DNA from: Thermovirgaceae bacterium
GTDB taxonomy: Bacteria > Synergistota > Synergistia > Synergistales > Thermovirgaceae
Length of the DNA stretch: 36,873 nt
Direction: 5' to 3'
Assembly (NCBI GenBank): GCA_046542505.1
Contig: JBKHBH010000010.1
Location: 1 to 36,873 of the forward strand
The position numbers and the translations under genes are program-made. This document shows positions 34,703 to 36,873 of the stretch, in pieces. Under the pieces are notes generated by a model. That model worked only from the letters and a program-made list of their open reading frames with translations, was not told the DNA's origin and made no database searches. The stretch's first letter is position 1; each line of letters begins with the position of its first letter.

Positions 34703-35644
34703 ATGTCCGAAAAACAGGCAGTCTTTTTCTTTTGCGTGGAAGAACCCCATAATCACGTGGCGGGATCCGCCTTCGCACGCCTTTTTTCACTTTACCCCAT
34801 GGAGGAGGCTGGGTTTGAAATCGACGGATACCCGGTGCTGCAATGCCGGGACAGTGAAGGGAACCGCCTGTGTTTTTGCCGCCAGAAGGAGCTTGTCAGC
34901 TACGATTTCCGTCGGTACCTGCCACAGCTACGGGAATATTTCCAGGACTTCGACCTGGCGGCTGAAGTCAACTGGCACGAGGGAGCCAACGCCCCTGACA
35001 GGGTCCTGACGGTTCACACCATCGGAGATGTCGAGGCGGGTGTATACACGCCCGCCAACCCGAGGCTTTTCAGGAACCTTCTCCTTTCTCTCGAATCGGA
35101 ACGCCAGCGTGCCGGTCTCGATGATTTTACCGTGGTTACCGAAGCCACGCACTGGACAGGTTCATTCAAGGGGCAGAATCCCGAAGACTTGAGAAAGTGG
35201 CCGGTGCCGATGGTGGATATAGAAATCGGCAGCACGCCGCAGGTATGGGAACACCCGGAAGCCGTGAACGTCCTGGCAAGAAGCCTCTTTGGCGTATTCG
35301 GGAGTGATGAAGTCCTGGATCCCGTCCTGTGCGTGGGGGGAGTCCATTTCGAGCGTTCGTTTTGCGAAGCGGCGAAGAACCGGGAGTATTCTTTTGGAAT
35401 CTCTCATATCCTTCCAAACCAGTGGCTGGTGAGCGGAGGGTACGACAGTGAGAAAAACTTCTGGAAGATAGAAGCCGCGGCTTCCAGTATCGGGGACAAC
35501 CTCAGGGCGGTGGTTTTTCATGAAGGAATCAAGGGTCCCTATCGGGATGCGAGCAGGAGACTTGCCGAAGCCAGAGGTATTCCGGCCATCAGGCACAAAC
35601 ATTTGCGCAAGCCCGAAAACCTTGACTGGATACAGTTACTGTAG
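34703..35644 (+). CDS. dtdA: Archaeal/plant-type D-aminoacyl-tRNA deacylase (DtdA/DTD2/GEK1) homologue
   Basis: W-H-E-G...VLTVHTIG, TEATHW, DIEIGS, VGGVHF, SHIL; RBS GGAGGTG. Confidence 0.75.
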   Translation: MSEKQAVFFFCVEEPHNHVAGSAFARLFSLYPMEEAGFEIDGYPVLQCRDSEGNRLCFCRQKELVSYDFRRYLPQLREYFQDFDLAAEVNWHEGANAPDRVLTVHTIGDVEAGVYTPANPRLFRNLLLSLESERQRAGLDDFTVVTEATHWTGSFKGQNPEDLRKWPVPMVDIEIGSTPQVWEHPEAVNVLARSLFGVFGSDEVLDPVLCVGGVHFERSFCEAAKNREYSFGISHILPNQWLVSGGYDSEKNFWKIEAAASSIGDNLRAVVFHEGIKGPYRDASRRLAEARGIPAIRHKHLRKPENLDWIQLL

Positions 35645-35712
35645 ACAGGTAGAGAAAAGACATATCGCAGAACTGTTTTAAAAAAGGTACAATGTTACAA
35701 AGGGTGGTGAAT

Positions 35713-36087
35713 ATGCGCAGGTTCTGGAAGATCACCTGTCCTATCTGTGGTGCGGAGGCGGAGTATTCGGAAGATTCGGGGCCGAAGGTTGAATGCTCGC
35801 ACTTTGACCGCTATGATCGCACGGAGCATATCGCCTACTTCAGCGACGATCTCAAAGAGGAAGTACCTGTTTACCTTGAGGATGTTGCGGAAGGATGCTA
35901 CGCCTTCGATTGTCCCTTGTGCAGGGAGCATATCGAGGCCTGTGCGTCCCTGCGGACGGGACATTATCATGTCACCACCACATGCCGCCACTTCATGGCC
36001 ATTGACAAGAACGAAGACGATACGCTGGTTGCTGAATTCCAGGACGATTTCGGAGAAATTCACGTGGTGAGCCTGGAACTGGTCTGA
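35713..36087 (+). CDS. Small acidic protein with two tandem CxxC...CxHF repeats (putative Zn-binding)
   Basis: CPICG...CSHF...YFSDDLKE and CPLCR...CRHF...EFQDDFGE; RBS-like AGGGTGGTG before ATG 35713. Confidence 0.7.
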   Translation: MRRFWKITCPICGAEAEYSEDSGPKVECSHFDRYDRTEHIAYFSDDLKEEVPVYLEDVAEGCYAFDCPLCREHIEACASLRTGHYHVTTTCRHFMAIDKNEDDTLVAEFQDDFGEIHVVSLELV

Positions 36088-36107
36088 AGGAAGAGGAGGG
36101 AACCAGC

Positions 36108-36641
36108 CTGGATATCTATATCCGTGTCGAGCGGTCGGGAGATTTTGACCAAATAGAGGCACTGGTCGGACGTGCCTTTACAGATGAGGTATACAGCCAG
36201 GGCTATGAAGAAGGCCTGGTCGGGAGACTGAGGAACGAAGGCGCATTTTTGGAAGATCTTTCCATCGTGGCCGAGCGCCGCGGGGAGATCATCGGGTATG
36301 TCATGCTTGTCCCGGTTACAATGGAAGAATCGCCGGAAACATGTCCTTCCGTATTTTTGGCACCTGTTGCCGTTGCTCCTGAGTACCAGGGGCGCGCCGT
36401 CGGGTCGCGTCTTGTGGAATTTGCCCTGGGCAAGGCCCGCGAGCTTGGTTACGGATCGGTTTTCGTTCTTGGCCACCCCGCGTATTATCCCCGTTTCGGA
36501 TTCAAGCCGGCGTCTGTTTGGGGGATCACCGCACCCTTTGATGTTCCCGACGAATCCTTCATGGTTCTGGAGCTTCTCGAGGGAGCCCTCGAGAGTTTGT
36601 CTGGAAAGCTTGACCTTCCCCGGGCATTCGGAGGAATGTGA
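36108..36641 (+). CDS. GNAT N-acetyltransferase (YhbS-like); probable CTG start
   Basis: In-frame DIYIRVERSGDFDQIEALVGRAF...EEGLVGRLR upstream of the track start; LAPVAVAPEYQGRAVGSRLV; VLGHPAYYPRFGF. Confidence 0.88.
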   Translation: MDIYIRVERSGDFDQIEALVGRAFTDEVYSQGYEEGLVGRLRNEGAFLEDLSIVAERRGEIIGYVMLVPVTMEESPETCPSVFLAPVAVAPEYQGRAVGSRLVEFALGKARELGYGSVFVLGHPAYYPRFGFKPASVWGITAPFDVPDESFMVLELLEGALESLSGKLDLPRAFGGM

Positions 36642-36693
36642 ACTCGTCTAAAACAAACGGTTGGAAAGGAAAAACCCACAAAGGAGTGACGGT

Positions 36694-36873
36694 ATGTACG
36701 ATCGTGCCCTTCTGGATAAAACATGGGATCTCGTCGTGGAATACCTTTCGAACCTGCCCGGCAGGCATGTCGGAGCACGGGATACGGTAGAATCGCTTCG
36801 TGCAAGGTTGCATCGATCCTTGCCTGAGAATTCTGAAGACCCCTCGAGTGTTGTGGATTTTCTGGTGCGTGAG
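36694..36873 (+). CDS. Group II PLP-dependent amino-acid decarboxylase, 5' partial (not in ORF track)
   Basis: AAGGAG RBS; MYDRALLDKTWDLVVEYLSNLPGRHVGARDTVESLRARLHRSLPENSEDPSSVVDFLVRE resembles the N-terminal helices (YL..L..R.V...LR..L...LPE...DP..V) of this family. Confidence 0.6.
   Translation, partial: MYDRALLDKTWDLVVEYLSNLPGRHVGARDTVESLRARLHRSLPENSEDPSSVVDFLVRE

Noticed and set aside
1..36873. CRISPR arrays, tRNA/rRNA, IS elements, prophage genes
   Set aside because: No regularly spaced repeats, cloverleaf motifs, or transposase, integrase or phage structural motifs were seen by eye.

Overview
A gene-dense, moderately GC-rich chromosomal window from an anaerobic amino-acid/peptide-fermenting bacterium (gene content suggests Synergistota; this is inference). 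I found no tRNA, rRNA, CRISPR array, IS element or prophage. In order, it holds: the 3' end of a DUF2284 gene; an ornithine cyclodeaminase-family gene; a GntR-led peptide ABC operon with a divergent amidohydrolase and isoaspartyl dipeptidase (iadA); an M20 peptidase; an orphan Na+-decarboxylase beta subunit behind a yybP-ykoY riboswitch; a minus-strand YjiH transporter / Ldh_2 oxidoreductase / LarA-like operon with a divergent GntR; a DUF1952-like gene; a GIY-YIG nuclease; split transketolase plus an aminotransferase; a CHASE-PAS-GGDEF-EAL protein; a UmuC-like polymerase; an NCS2 permease plus PRTase; a minus-strand cstA / small protein / ArsA-Get3 ATPase / membrane-anchored protein operon; proC; an archaeal-type DtdA homologue; a tandem Zn-ribbon protein; a GNAT; and the start of a PLP decarboxylase. 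The three strongest signals are: (1) a complete-looking classical attenuator in front of proC, with a Pro-rich leader peptide, alternative 1:2 / 2:3 / 3:4 helices and a terminator; (2) a Mn2+-type riboswitch with an ON terminator platform controlling a lone oadB-like gene; (3) a cstA-Get3 operon whose last gene resembles eukaryotic CCDC47/DUF1682. Two genes also appear to use non-canonical start codons (ATT, CTG). All family calls come from motif recognition by eye; no searches were run.
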